A DNA stretch of 32,000 nt from Phycisphaerales bacterium (GTDB taxonomy: Bacteria; Planctomycetota; Phycisphaerae; Phycisphaerales; UBA1924). The DNA lies in the NCBI GenBank assembly GCA_050730655.1, contig JBOHNL010000019.1, positions 106,689 to 138,688 of the forward strand, given 5' to 3'. Shown in pieces: positions 1 to 8,793 of the stretch; within the stretch, counting starts at the first letter, position 1; each line of letters begins with the position of its first letter. The translations under genes were made by a program, and so were the position numbers. Under the pieces are notes generated by a model that saw only the letters and a list, made by a program, of their open reading frames with translations, was not told the origin of the DNA and ran no database searches.

Positions 1-73
1 GGCAAATCAGCCGGGTGATCCGCCCCCGCGCGACGATCGCCGACCTGTTGACGAGCGCCGGCGTGGTGGTGGC

Positions 74-922
74 ATGGATTTTTCACAGCTGCGCGAAGCG
101 TCGCGTGATCCCAAAGCGCTCGGCGACATGCTGGATCGGATGCTTGAGCAAAATGGACGCATCGAACGCAGGCTGACGGATGCCAAGGAAAAGCTCGACG
201 CGGGTGCGTCGCCCGAAGAAGTGTTCCGCATGTTGCGCGAAGCACGCGCCGGAGACATGGCGGGCCAGTTTTTCCAGAACTGGCGCGAACGCCAACGCGA
301 CGATCAAGATGCGCAAGGCCCGATGTTCGAGAAGCAGCCGGGCGGTCATGGCGGTCCTGGTGGCGGAGGGGGCGGCCCCGATCCTCAGCAGCGCGAGGAG
401 CTGTTGAAGTTCATCCGCGAAGTGCGCCCGGAATTCGCATCCAAGTTGGAGCAGTGGCAGAAGGACGAACCCAAGGCGTTCGGCGCGGTGATTGGGCATC
501 TCTTCATGCAGGGTGTTGACACCTTCCGCGAGCGGGATCGCGACGCGAAGCTGTACGAACTGCGCAAGGAAGATCTGCGTGCGAGCATTTTGATCGTCGA
601 GAAATCGACCGAGCTTCGTCGCGTGCAGATCGAGAGCAAGGGGCAACCAGAGAGCCAGGAATTTGTCAAAGCAAAGGCGGAACTTCGCGACCTGATGGGG
701 AAGGGATACGACTCGCGGGTGCGGGTCCGCGAGTACGAAGCCGAGCGCCTTGCGAAGCGGCTCGACGAAACGCGCGCGAGGATTCAGGAAACAAAGGACG
801 TGCGCGAGCAGATGCTGGACAAAGCCGTGCAGCAGTTGCTTGAGCGCAAACGCCCGATGCCGCAGCCCGGAGATGGTCCCGGAGAACCCGGCGGTCGAAG
901 GCCAGAACCTGGACCGAGATAA
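74..922 (+). CDS. hypothetical charged coiled-coil protein with internal Gly-run; possibly 5'-truncated by window edge
   Basis: Long ORF. The reading frame stays open back to nt 2, so the true start may lie upstream of the window. ATG at 74 follows a G-rich GGTGGTGG. Product is Glu/Arg/Lys-rich with a GGHGGPGGGGGGP tract. No signal peptide and no family recognised. Confidence 0.6.
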   Translation: MDFSQLREASRDPKALGDMLDRMLEQNGRIERRLTDAKEKLDAGASPEEVFRMLREARAGDMAGQFFQNWRERQRDDQDAQGPMFEKQPGGHGGPGGGGGGPDPQQREELLKFIREVRPEFASKLEQWQKDEPKAFGAVIGHLFMQGVDTFRERDRDAKLYELRKEDLRASILIVEKSTELRRVQIESKGQPESQEFVKAKAELRDLMGKGYDSRVRVREYEAERLAKRLDETRARIQETKDVREQMLDKAVQQLLERKRPMPQPGDGPGEPGGRRPEPGPR

Positions 923-976
923 CGGATTTGATTGAAATCCTGACGACGTAGAGGTCTGACGCCTCGACGCCGATCG

Positions 977-1405
977 TTACGAAACCACCGACCCCGGCGC
1001 GATGTCGCTCTTGGGCATGAGAATCACCACGCGCCGCTGAACGTCCGGAGCGGCGTCTTTTGGCGCATCGCTCGCGGCGAGCAACATACCGCGCGACTCT
1101 TCGCCGCGAATCACGCGCGGCGCGAGATTCGCCACGATGATGATCGACTGGCCCGTGAGTTCTTCAGGCGTGTAGTGGCCACGGATGCCCGCGCAGATCT
1201 GGCGGGGCGTGCCGGAGCCGTCGTCGAGCTGCAGCTTGAAGAGCCGGTCTGCAGACGGATGGAACTCGGCCTTGGTGATGCGTGCGACACGAAGGTCGAC
1301 CTTGGCGAAGTCTTCGAACGTAATTGCGGGCTTCGCCGTCACGGCGCCCTGAGCCGGGGCCGGAGTTGAGGCGGGAGTAGAGGCGGGTGCTGGTGCGTCG
1401 GCCAT
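977..1405 (-). CDS. tRNA-binding OB-fold domain protein (CsaA / Trbp111 / MetG C-terminal-like)
   Basis: KVDLRVARITKAEFHPSADRLFKLQLDDGSG..RQICAGIRGHYTPEELTGQSIIIVANLAPRVIRGEESRGMLLAA matches the EMAP-type tRNA-binding domain. ATG at 1403-1405 with AGGAG 8 nt upstream. Ala/Pro-rich N-terminal tail. Confidence 0.85.
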   Translation of the reverse strand: MADAPAPASTPASTPAPAQGAVTAKPAITFEDFAKVDLRVARITKAEFHPSADRLFKLQLDDGSGTPRQICAGIRGHYTPEELTGQSIIIVANLAPRVIRGEESRGMLLAASDAPKDAAPDVQRRVVILMPKSDIAPGSVVS

Positions 1406-1458
1406 CGGTCGGTCTCCTGAGAAGGGCCGACTGTAGGAGCCTGCATCTGCGCTTCACA

Positions 1459-2367
1459 TCAGGGCGCGGGGGCTGGCGATGCTTCTGCGGCCACCCACTG
1501 CCCGTCGCGCCAGACGGACAACTTCACATCCGCCCCAAAGGCCGGAGCGACGTTCGCTGGATCGGGGTCGCGTGCCGGCGACGCACCCTCGGTGGCAATC
1601 AGCGAACCCCACGGTTCAGACGTTGCGCCCGTCAAGCGACGCTGCAGGCGGAGCTGGGCCGCGAAGTCGGGAAGACTGAGTTTCATTCCCGGCTGGCCGC
1701 CGCAGATGGGGCAGATCTTCGCTGGGCCGCGTTGGCCTTTCGGCGGAACGATCATGCCGGTGCCGGCACATTCGGTGCAGGGCCACTTCTTGGCTTCACT
1801 CTCGAGATCCTGCACCGAAATCGAGCCAAGGGCGGAGAGTTCGCGTTCGTGATCCTCCAGGACGTGGCGAACACCCTTGGCATTCAGTGAATCGCGGGCC
1901 TCGATCCCGGCACCGGAGCGCAATTGGGTAAGAAAGAGCGAGGCCCGGGCCGCGGCAACCTGCGATTCCTGCTCCTTGGCCTTGCGCGCCGGTGCAAACT
2001 CGGCGCTCGAAGGTTCGAGGATCGCAGCGATCGAGCGCAGCCAGAGCCGATCGCCTTCGCGTTTGCTCATCGACGCCAGCGCGATGGCAGCCGAAGCTGC
2101 GGTCCGCCGCTGGTCGGGCTTGGCGCGTCCGTATTCGAGCGCACGAACCAGAAGTTGGCGGATCATCTCTACCCGCTCGGGCGAGTCGGGCGTTTCAAGC
2201 ATGTCTTCGCCGAGCTCCAGATAGGCGCTGGGGTTGCCCGGTTTGAGCGTGGCGAGGCGCGCGAGCTCGCTGTCATCAAACGGCGTAGGCGGTGGCGCGA
2301 CCGGCTGCGCGATCGAAACGGTGCAGGCAAAAAGGATCGAAGCCAGGATGAGACACGCTCGCTTCAA
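1459..2367 (-). CDS. exported (possible lipo-)protein with DnaJ-type CxxCxGxG zinc-finger motif
   Basis: N-terminal signal peptide MKRACLILASILFAC (lipobox-like LFAC). CTECAGTG...CPICGGQPG at aa 197-227 (nt 1687-1779). TTG start overlaps the upstream TGA (TTGA at 2364-2367). Confidence 0.75.
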   Translation of the reverse strand: MKRACLILASILFACTVSIAQPVAPPPTPFDDSELARLATLKPGNPSAYLELGEDMLETPDSPERVEMIRQLLVRALEYGRAKPDQRRTAASAAIALASMSKREGDRLWLRSIAAILEPSSAEFAPARKAKEQESQVAAARASLFLTQLRSGAGIEARDSLNAKGVRHVLEDHERELSALGSISVQDLESEAKKWPCTECAGTGMIVPPKGQRGPAKICPICGGQPGMKLSLPDFAAQLRLQRRLTGATSEPWGSLIATEGASPARDPDPANVAPAFGADVKLSVWRDGQWVAAEASPAPAP

Positions 2368-5138
2368 GACGCCTTCCCCTTTCTTCCGATCCGCAGCAGT
2401 TGAAGGCGGAGCATGACTTTTTCACCCTCGAAGAGTTGCTCGGTACTCGAAGCGGCGCGGCGCCGTGCGGCGTTCCACTGCTCGACCAATTGCTGAACCG
2501 CACCGATGTCTCCGAGGCGCTCGTGCGCCACGCTCAGCGCGGTCCATTCCACGCAGGCTGCCTGCTTTGCAACGGCGCGTTCGAGCGGGCCGGGCGCGAT
2601 TTCCGATCGCGCGGCAAGCCGGCGACGGATGTCGGCAACGTTCAAGCCAGACGGCGCGCCACGCGACGCGCGTGCCTCAGACGCCATCGATGATTCGAGC
2701 GCGTCGATCGCAACGCCCGGATTGGTCTCCTTCGCGGACGCGTTCTGAGCAGAACGCTCCATCCACGAATCCGAGAGCGCACCGGATGCGATATCGACCA
2801 ACGACTCCGCCGACGATACCGGGAAGAATGTGATGGCGCGATCGAGGAGTGCGCCCTGGGCCGCGTCTTTCCATTTGGGCCTCTTCTTCCACGCGCCTGC
2901 CGAACCGGCAACCTCCGAAACCCATTCTGCATTCTCAGGAGTTTCGGGAATCGACGGCAGGAGGCGAATCACAGCAAGCACGATCGCAGGTTCAGAAACG
3001 TGCCGGCGCAGCTCGCTTCGGGCGAGATCGCGTATCGAAGCCGGCGTGCCCCGCGCCGATTCGGTCACGAGCACGTCGGCGAGGAGTGTGTCGGGGCGCG
3101 CGTTCGCGGATTGAACCTGCTTCAGCACTTCAAGCCGCGCCTGCACGGAATTTCCTGCCGCGGCATAGTCGAGCGCCTTTGAACTCGGATCGGGTCTGGG
3201 CAATTCTGGCTTCGCGCTGTTCGCATTCGCCGTTGGCGCATCAGCATCCGCCGCGATGATTTCGACCGCGTGATCGGGCTTCCCGGCGCGCAGCGCGTCT
3301 GCTGCCAGCGATGCCTGCGAAAGCCTTGCTGCAGTCCACAATCGGGAAGCGTCCGAATCCGGGCTTGTTCCGAGCAACTTTTCCGCCCAGGCAGCCCAAG
3401 TCGCAAAGTCTTCGCGTTCGCTTGTCACCGTCTTTCCCTGCCAAGCCTGGGCGAGACGCTCCCGGAGATTGCTGCGTGCTTCGGGTCCCGCCCCAACCGG
3501 CAAGATCATCGTGGAGTCAACACCAGGTGCGCTGCTGCCGACCATCGCACGGGTGATTTCGGCAAGCAGTTCCGATGACACTGTCGCGTCCTCGAGCCAT
3601 CCCGAAAGCGCCATCCGCAGTTCATCCGAAGGACGCCAACTCAGCGCCGGGGCAAGAACGCCGATCGAGCGAACCAGATCGCGAGGCGGCACCGAAGGGT
3701 TGCGAAGCAACAGCTCGAGCGCATTCAGCGCTGCGATGTCTCTCGCTGGCTGACGATCGCCGAATGCCGCGTCGCGAACTTCGACAAATCCCTTCCACGA
3801 ATCGGCCGACGCCGGAGCCGATGCCGCAATCGCGGACGCAAGCCCGCTCAGGTTGCGCTCAAGCCCGACGCGGAACGCCGAGCTCGATTCCACCTTCGAG
3901 CCGTTCGCGCCGATCGACGCTCCAGATTCGATCTGATCCAGAAACGCTCGTGGCAACTCTCGCTCGGAGAGCAACCGCCCGGCGATCGATGCGCTCGCTG
4001 CGGCGGCGCGGACGGCTTTCGCCGATACAAGACTCTCATGAAGCGGATGCGTGATCGTGCTCGCGGCCGGAGTCTCGAGACGAGATGCGCCGTAACAGAA
4101 ATCAACGACCGCCGAAACTACCGAGGAGATTTCATCCGCGCTCATCCGCGTCCACGATGTTCCAAAGGCGTCGTACGCACGAGCGAAGCGGACGTGCGCC
4201 GCGGAAGCATCCGCGGCAAGGTCCTGCGTCGCGCCGCTGATTTCGTGCGTGACGGCACGGGGATCGCCGATTTCGAGATCCGCCGAGAGTCCCGACTCTG
4301 TCGTTGGGGCAAAACCCGATGGCTCGCGTGGAGTCATTGTTAGCGGAGCGCTCGCAAGCGGAGCCGAAGGTGGGGTCGACGATTGCAGCTTCGGACGTTG
4401 TGAAGGTGTCAGCAGAATGATCGCGGTCGCAAGGCACAGAAAACCTGCGGCACTGATCGCGATGAGGATCAACGCATCGCGCGGTATCACGCGCGCCGGG
4501 CGGCGAAGCGCCTCATTTGCGTGTCCGGACGCGATCGCGGGCGGCTGGATCGCAGAGCGACGCCGCTTGCGATTGGGCGAACGAGTGTGTTCGCGTCCGG
4601 GAAGCCTTCGAACCGAAGGCAGAGACGCGGGAGTCCCGCGCCGTGCGTGACTGGCCCACTGAACCGCGCGGATCGCGTCGGCAAGCTCAACGCCCTTGGA
4701 TTGACACGCAATCGCGAGCCGTTCCATTGCCCGGGCGTTCCATCCGCCGCTCAGCCCGATTGCGAGATGGAGTTCGCGTTCGATGTCTGCGCTCTCGTCG
4801 TCGTTCCCGTCAACGCGAGCACGCTGGTTTATGTACGCGGTTTCAGTCCCGTCTCCCCAGATACGCAGAAGGACGCGGCGGATGGCGGGATCGCAAAGCT
4901 GCGCCGCGGCCGCGTGGAGCGCGAGATTGACTTCCTCCCCGGCAGGAGTGGCAGACTGAGGATGGCGCGCAAGCCTGGCGAGACGCGCGTGGAGCGCCTC
5001 GAGCACTCGAGACGGTTCGATTTCGACCGCGTCGATTCCGAGGAGCGCGAATGGGCCCGGACCGGTCGGGCCGAAAAACATCGGAACCGGATCGAGACGC
5101 GACGTGCGCCGACGATTGGAGGTGGATTCGTCGCTCAC
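2364..5138 (-). CDS. bitopic membrane protein: N-terminal degenerate J-domain (HPQ), one TM helix, about 680-aa Ala-rich extracytoplasmic region
   Basis: 924-aa ORF. Residues 30-95 align by eye to the J-domain (FALLGID...ARLARHPQ...LCDPAIRR). Hydrophobic helix ALILIAISAAGFLCLATAIILL. GTG start overlaps the upstream TGA (GTGA at 5135-5138). Alternative ATG at 5081. Confidence 0.75.
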   Translation of the reverse strand: MSDESTSNRRRTSRLDPVPMFFGPTGPGPFALLGIDAVEIEPSRVLEALHARLARLARHPQSATPAGEEVNLALHAAAAQLCDPAIRRVLLRIWGDGTETAYINQRARVDGNDDESADIERELHLAIGLSGGWNARAMERLAIACQSKGVELADAIRAVQWASHARRGTPASLPSVRRLPGREHTRSPNRKRRRSAIQPPAIASGHANEALRRPARVIPRDALILIAISAAGFLCLATAIILLTPSQRPKLQSSTPPSAPLASAPLTMTPREPSGFAPTTESGLSADLEIGDPRAVTHEISGATQDLAADASAAHVRFARAYDAFGTSWTRMSADEISSVVSAVVDFCYGASRLETPAASTITHPLHESLVSAKAVRAAAASASIAGRLLSERELPRAFLDQIESGASIGANGSKVESSSAFRVGLERNLSGLASAIAASAPASADSWKGFVEVRDAAFGDRQPARDIAALNALELLLRNPSVPPRDLVRSIGVLAPALSWRPSDELRMALSGWLEDATVSSELLAEITRAMVGSSAPGVDSTMILPVGAGPEARSNLRERLAQAWQGKTVTSEREDFATWAAWAEKLLGTSPDSDASRLWTAARLSQASLAADALRAGKPDHAVEIIAADADAPTANANSAKPELPRPDPSSKALDYAAAGNSVQARLEVLKQVQSANARPDTLLADVLVTESARGTPASIRDLARSELRRHVSEPAIVLAVIRLLPSIPETPENAEWVSEVAGSAGAWKKRPKWKDAAQGALLDRAITFFPVSSAESLVDIASGALSDSWMERSAQNASAKETNPGVAIDALESSMASEARASRGAPSGLNVADIRRRLAARSEIAPGPLERAVAKQAACVEWTALSVAHERLGDIGAVQQLVEQWNAARRRAASSTEQLFEGEKVMLRLQLLRIGRKGKAS

Positions 5139-7831
5139 GTGCCCCCTCCGGTCGGATTGGGAATGAGCAATTTCTCGCGCAACTCACTGAACTTGGGCGC
5201 CCACGCGGCCGGGCCGAGGTCAGGGTGCGAGAGTTCAAAGAGGCGGAACGCGTCGCGAGCGGCGTTGGGATCAGTTTTCTCCATCAAGACGATGGAGCGA
5301 TAGCGCGCTTCAAACCAGCCGTTTTGCTCTTCACGAAGTCCGGAGACTAGAAGCTTCCAACACTCGAGCGCAAGCGCGGTGTCGCCGGTTTGTTCGCTCA
5401 TCTCGGCGAGGCGGCGGAGGCTGGACGTAAACCGCCCCCCCCGCTCGTACATTGCGCGATCGATGCGGAGCGCAAGATCGCGGAGCGTCGCATCCTTGGC
5501 GTTTGTTTCGCGATAAACCGATGCGGCGGCGCCCGCCACCTCATCGCGCAGCGCATTCGAACGCGGATCGAACTGCTTCTGGTCGTCGAGCGTGCGAACC
5601 ACGACGTCGCCGATCGAGACAATCCGCCGCGAAGCCTCGATGTCGGTGGGCGCGGCGCGGGATGCCTCGATCGCGCGGCGGAGCGCCAGCATGCGCGCGC
5701 CCTGCGCAAAGGGTGTTGCCGATTCCCTGATCGACGCAATCGCAGCGTCGACTTCGGAGTCATTGCCGGAAGCGACCGCGAGTTGCATCCGCCGGAAGGC
5801 GAGTTCGTCGGTTAGATCGGCGATCGATACGCCGCAGAGTTCGGCGACGTGGGGGATTTCAGTCAGGAGGCGCTGCGCTCGGGCCACATCAGGATTGGTG
5901 AGGGCGAGCGCCGCTTCGAGTTGTTGACGCGCGATGAGCACAACCCGCTGGGCCTGGATGTTGCGGCGCGATCCCTCCGACGCAACCGCAGAATCGCGTT
6001 CGATAGGGTAAATCTGATCCGAAACGGTGAGAAACTTCGTCAGCGCTTCGTCGCGCTCGGTCGGCGCCGTAGCACGTGCGACCTTGAAAAGCAGCGTGGA
6101 CGCCTGGACTCGGGCCTCGTGGCGGAGCGGGGAGCTTTCTGGGACCGCAAGTAGCGATTCGATCACGTCCGCGTCAGAGAACTTGCCGATGCCGGCCCGC
6201 TTCAGAAGCAACCGCGCCGATTGCTCGCTTTTCGGATAGGTTGCGACATAGAACACGGCCGCGCCATCGCGCCGGTCGGAGATCTCTTTGTGACCGGACT
6301 CGAACGCGCGATCGAGTGCGACAACCTCGAACCACAGGGCTTCGCGGCGCGCGTCATCTTCTTTCACACGCTTTGCGACTTTGGCGAATTGATCCGCTGC
6401 GGGGATGAAATCTCCGGCGTAAAAAAGGCTCATGCCCGCGTTGAGCGCGGCCTTGTTGGCATCGGCTTCGAATGCACCTGAGTCCTGCGCGGAAGCTGCG
6501 GCATCGAAGAGCGCCGCGGAATCTCGATAAGCGAGAATGACTTCAGTGCCCGTCGCTGGATCGTTTTCCTTTCCAGCGGCGCGATGCTTGGCCCGCGCCG
6601 TATCGAATGCTTGCAGAGCTCGCACATACTGCGCGACGAAGCCATCGGATGCAAGTGCGCCCGTTCCGAAGCGCTTCGCAAGCGTCACGACATACGAGGT
6701 TTGGCCCCGCGCGATGAGATCTGCCAAGGCCAGACGCCCGAGTTCGGTGCGAGCCTTTGCAGCTCCCGGTGCAGGGCCGTCGGAGCCTTCAAGCGATGTG
6801 ACGGCGAGAAGCACGGCGTCTGCGGTTTCGAGCGGAGTAACAACCCTGCCCTGCGGAGCGCGGGCGCGCTGCACCCATGTCGCAAGCTCGTTCCAGCGCG
6901 AACTCGGACCGAGCACCGCAATGCGGCGTGCGAGTAATTGTGACCGCACATTGGCAGGAACACCCTCGGCTGTCGCAAGTTCATCGAGCCAGCGGAGAGC
7001 TTCCGCATCGTTGCCGAGAATGGCGAGACAAGCGGCGGTACCCAAACAGGCGCGCGCGACATGCTCGTGCACGAGAAGCGACTTTGGGAGCCGGTCGAGC
7101 GTGGGTGCCTTTCGATCCGGCGCATTCAGCAGCGCACCAAAGTGCAGAAGCGCGTCGCCCGCCGCCTCGCGGTCCTTCGTCAATTGCGCGATGTAGCAAT
7201 CGCTCCAACCCGCGTAATAGTGCGCGAGTGATTTGACGCGACGGGCTTCCTGCAGTTGCTTCTTTCCGTCTTCCTCATCCGCGAAGCTCCCGTCGCCGCT
7301 TCCGCCTCCACTCCGATTCTGTTCCTGAGCATCCAGTGCTCGCGCCTTCGCGCCGGCCGCCTGAGCAATCTCGGAAAACTCGATCGCAAGGCGCTTGAGC
7401 GACGCAATTGCTTCGGCTGCGTCGGTCTCGGTGCTCAAGCGCAGCCGCTGGCGTTCGGCCACTTGCTCTGCCGCGAGATATTCAGCCTTCAAGAGATTGA
7501 TGCGGAGTGCCGCGAGCTCGGGGCGCGGGTTGTCCTTGAGCAGAGTGCGAGATTGTTCACGGAACGCGGCACGCTTCTCCGGCGGGAGAGTTTCCAGCAG
7601 TGTTTCGTATGCCGAGGCGAGATCAGTCAGAACGCGCGAGCGCTCGGTGCCGGTCGAGCCGGGCAGCCTCTTTTCCAGCGCGTAGACGCGCATCGTGAGA
7701 AGACCGCGTTGCTTGAGATACTCATCGAGCGCATCGTCATGGAGCGCACGGTCAACAGCAACCGCGCCGAACGACGCGGCAGAAACGAGCGCGAGCAGCG
7801 CGAACATGATGGAGTTACGGAGTCGGGGCAT
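5135..7831 (-). CDS. exported TPR-like helical-repeat protein (898 aa)
   Basis: Signal peptide MFALLALVSAASFGAVA. TPR-like units such as AHYYAGWSDCYIAQLTKDREAAGDALLHFGALLN and ALNAGMSLFYAGDFIPAADQFAKVAK. ATG at 7831 overlaps the upstream ExbD by 17 nt. Alternative ATG at 7807. Confidence 0.75.
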   Translation of the reverse strand: MPRLRNSIMFALLALVSAASFGAVAVDRALHDDALDEYLKQRGLLTMRVYALEKRLPGSTGTERSRVLTDLASAYETLLETLPPEKRAAFREQSRTLLKDNPRPELAALRINLLKAEYLAAEQVAERQRLRLSTETDAAEAIASLKRLAIEFSEIAQAAGAKARALDAQEQNRSGGGSGDGSFADEEDGKKQLQEARRVKSLAHYYAGWSDCYIAQLTKDREAAGDALLHFGALLNAPDRKAPTLDRLPKSLLVHEHVARACLGTAACLAILGNDAEALRWLDELATAEGVPANVRSQLLARRIAVLGPSSRWNELATWVQRARAPQGRVVTPLETADAVLLAVTSLEGSDGPAPGAAKARTELGRLALADLIARGQTSYVVTLAKRFGTGALASDGFVAQYVRALQAFDTARAKHRAAGKENDPATGTEVILAYRDSAALFDAAASAQDSGAFEADANKAALNAGMSLFYAGDFIPAADQFAKVAKRVKEDDARREALWFEVVALDRAFESGHKEISDRRDGAAVFYVATYPKSEQSARLLLKRAGIGKFSDADVIESLLAVPESSPLRHEARVQASTLLFKVARATAPTERDEALTKFLTVSDQIYPIERDSAVASEGSRRNIQAQRVVLIARQQLEAALALTNPDVARAQRLLTEIPHVAELCGVSIADLTDELAFRRMQLAVASGNDSEVDAAIASIRESATPFAQGARMLALRRAIEASRAAPTDIEASRRIVSIGDVVVRTLDDQKQFDPRSNALRDEVAGAAASVYRETNAKDATLRDLALRIDRAMYERGGRFTSSLRRLAEMSEQTGDTALALECWKLLVSGLREEQNGWFEARYRSIVLMEKTDPNAARDAFRLFELSHPDLGPAAWAPKFSELREKLLIPNPTGGGT

Positions 7832-8234
7832 AACTCACACGGTCAAATCCGGCGTCCTTTGCGGCCTGCATGGCGGCAGCCACATCGCCAACGAGTGCGC
7901 CCGCGTCGGAACGCACGATGACGCCTCCTTGTTTTGGAGATTCAGACAGCGCAAGCACGACCGCGCCGAAGCTCGGAATTTCGCGCTGGCCGATACGAAA
8001 CACGACCGACTCACCATTTCGGAACACTTTTAGCGAAACGGGCGGCAGATCCGGTGCCTTGCCTCCAGCAGCTGCTGCCTTTTCTAGCCCGGCGGAGAGC
8101 CGCGACTCGGGCGGAGCAAGCGTGCCCGCGAGCATCAGATAGAGGAGCAAAAAGAGCACGATGTCAATGAACGCAACGAGCGAGAGCCGCGGCATCGAAG
8201 TGATGCCCCGTTCTTTGGTCTGGCGGAAGTTCAT
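7815..8234 (-). CDS. exbD: biopolymer transport protein ExbD/TolR family (paralogue 2)
   Basis: N-terminal TM with conserved Asp (SLVAFIDIVLFLLLYLML) and a periplasmic domain of about 90 aa. ATGA start/stop overlap with the upstream exbD at 8231-8234. Confidence 0.85.
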   Translation of the reverse strand: MNFRQTKERGITSMPRLSLVAFIDIVLFLLLYLMLAGTLAPPESRLSAGLEKAAAAGGKAPDLPPVSLKVFRNGESVVFRIGQREIPSFGAVVLALSESPKQGGVIVRSDAGALVGDVAAAMQAAKDAGFDRVSYAPTP

Positions 8235-8743
8235 GGGTTCACACCCCCACCATCCCCACCGCCCCCACCACCACTCGAATTCTCGTTCTTTACGCTGCCT
8301 CGGATTGAACGACGTGACTCGCCGCTGGTGGCCAGGCGCCAGGTGGAAACGCCTTCGGCGCTGAGAGCGCCGGCGAGCCTCTGGAGCTGCGGCGCGGGCG
8401 TTGATCGATCGGCGCGAACGATGACATCGAGGAAGTTGCCGGTGCGCTCGGCGCGCTGGCGGTCGATCGCGATCATGGTGGCAAGGCGCTCGAGCGGATA
8501 GTTGCGGCCTGCGACCGAGAGTCCGCCGTCTTTTTCAAGATCGATGACGACCGCGGCATTCGCCTCCGAATCGGGGCGCGGCTTCGCGTCACCCGCTTGC
8601 CGCGGCAGATCAAGACTTCTTTGCGCTATTCGGGAGAACTGCGACGACATCATGAAGAAGATCGTCAAAAGCAAAACCACGTCGATCATCGAGGTGATGT
8701 CGAATCCGGCTTCGGGCATGTCGCGGTTTTTATTGAAACGCAT
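8231..8743 (-). CDS. exbD: biopolymer transport protein ExbD/TolR family (paralogue 1) with C-terminal poly-Gly tail
   Basis: DITSMIDVVLLLTIFFMMSSQF is the canonical ExbD TM segment. The periplasmic domain is followed by SSGGGGGGDGGGVNP. Confidence 0.85.
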   Translation of the reverse strand: MRFNKNRDMPEAGFDITSMIDVVLLLTIFFMMSSQFSRIAQRSLDLPRQAGDAKPRPDSEANAAVVIDLEKDGGLSVAGRNYPLERLATMIAIDRQRAERTGNFLDVIVRADRSTPAPQLQRLAGALSAEGVSTWRLATSGESRRSIRGSVKNENSSGGGGGGDGGGVNP

Positions 8744-8793
8744 ACTGCGGGAAATCAGAGAGAGGAAGAAAGACAGCGAAAGCGACGAAACGA

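Noticed and set aside
924-940. GGATTT-GATTG-AAATCC hairpin between the first ORF and the convergent tRNA-binding gene, as a terminator
   Set aside because: The stem is a 6-bp AT-rich one with no following T-tract on either strand. It is too weak to call.
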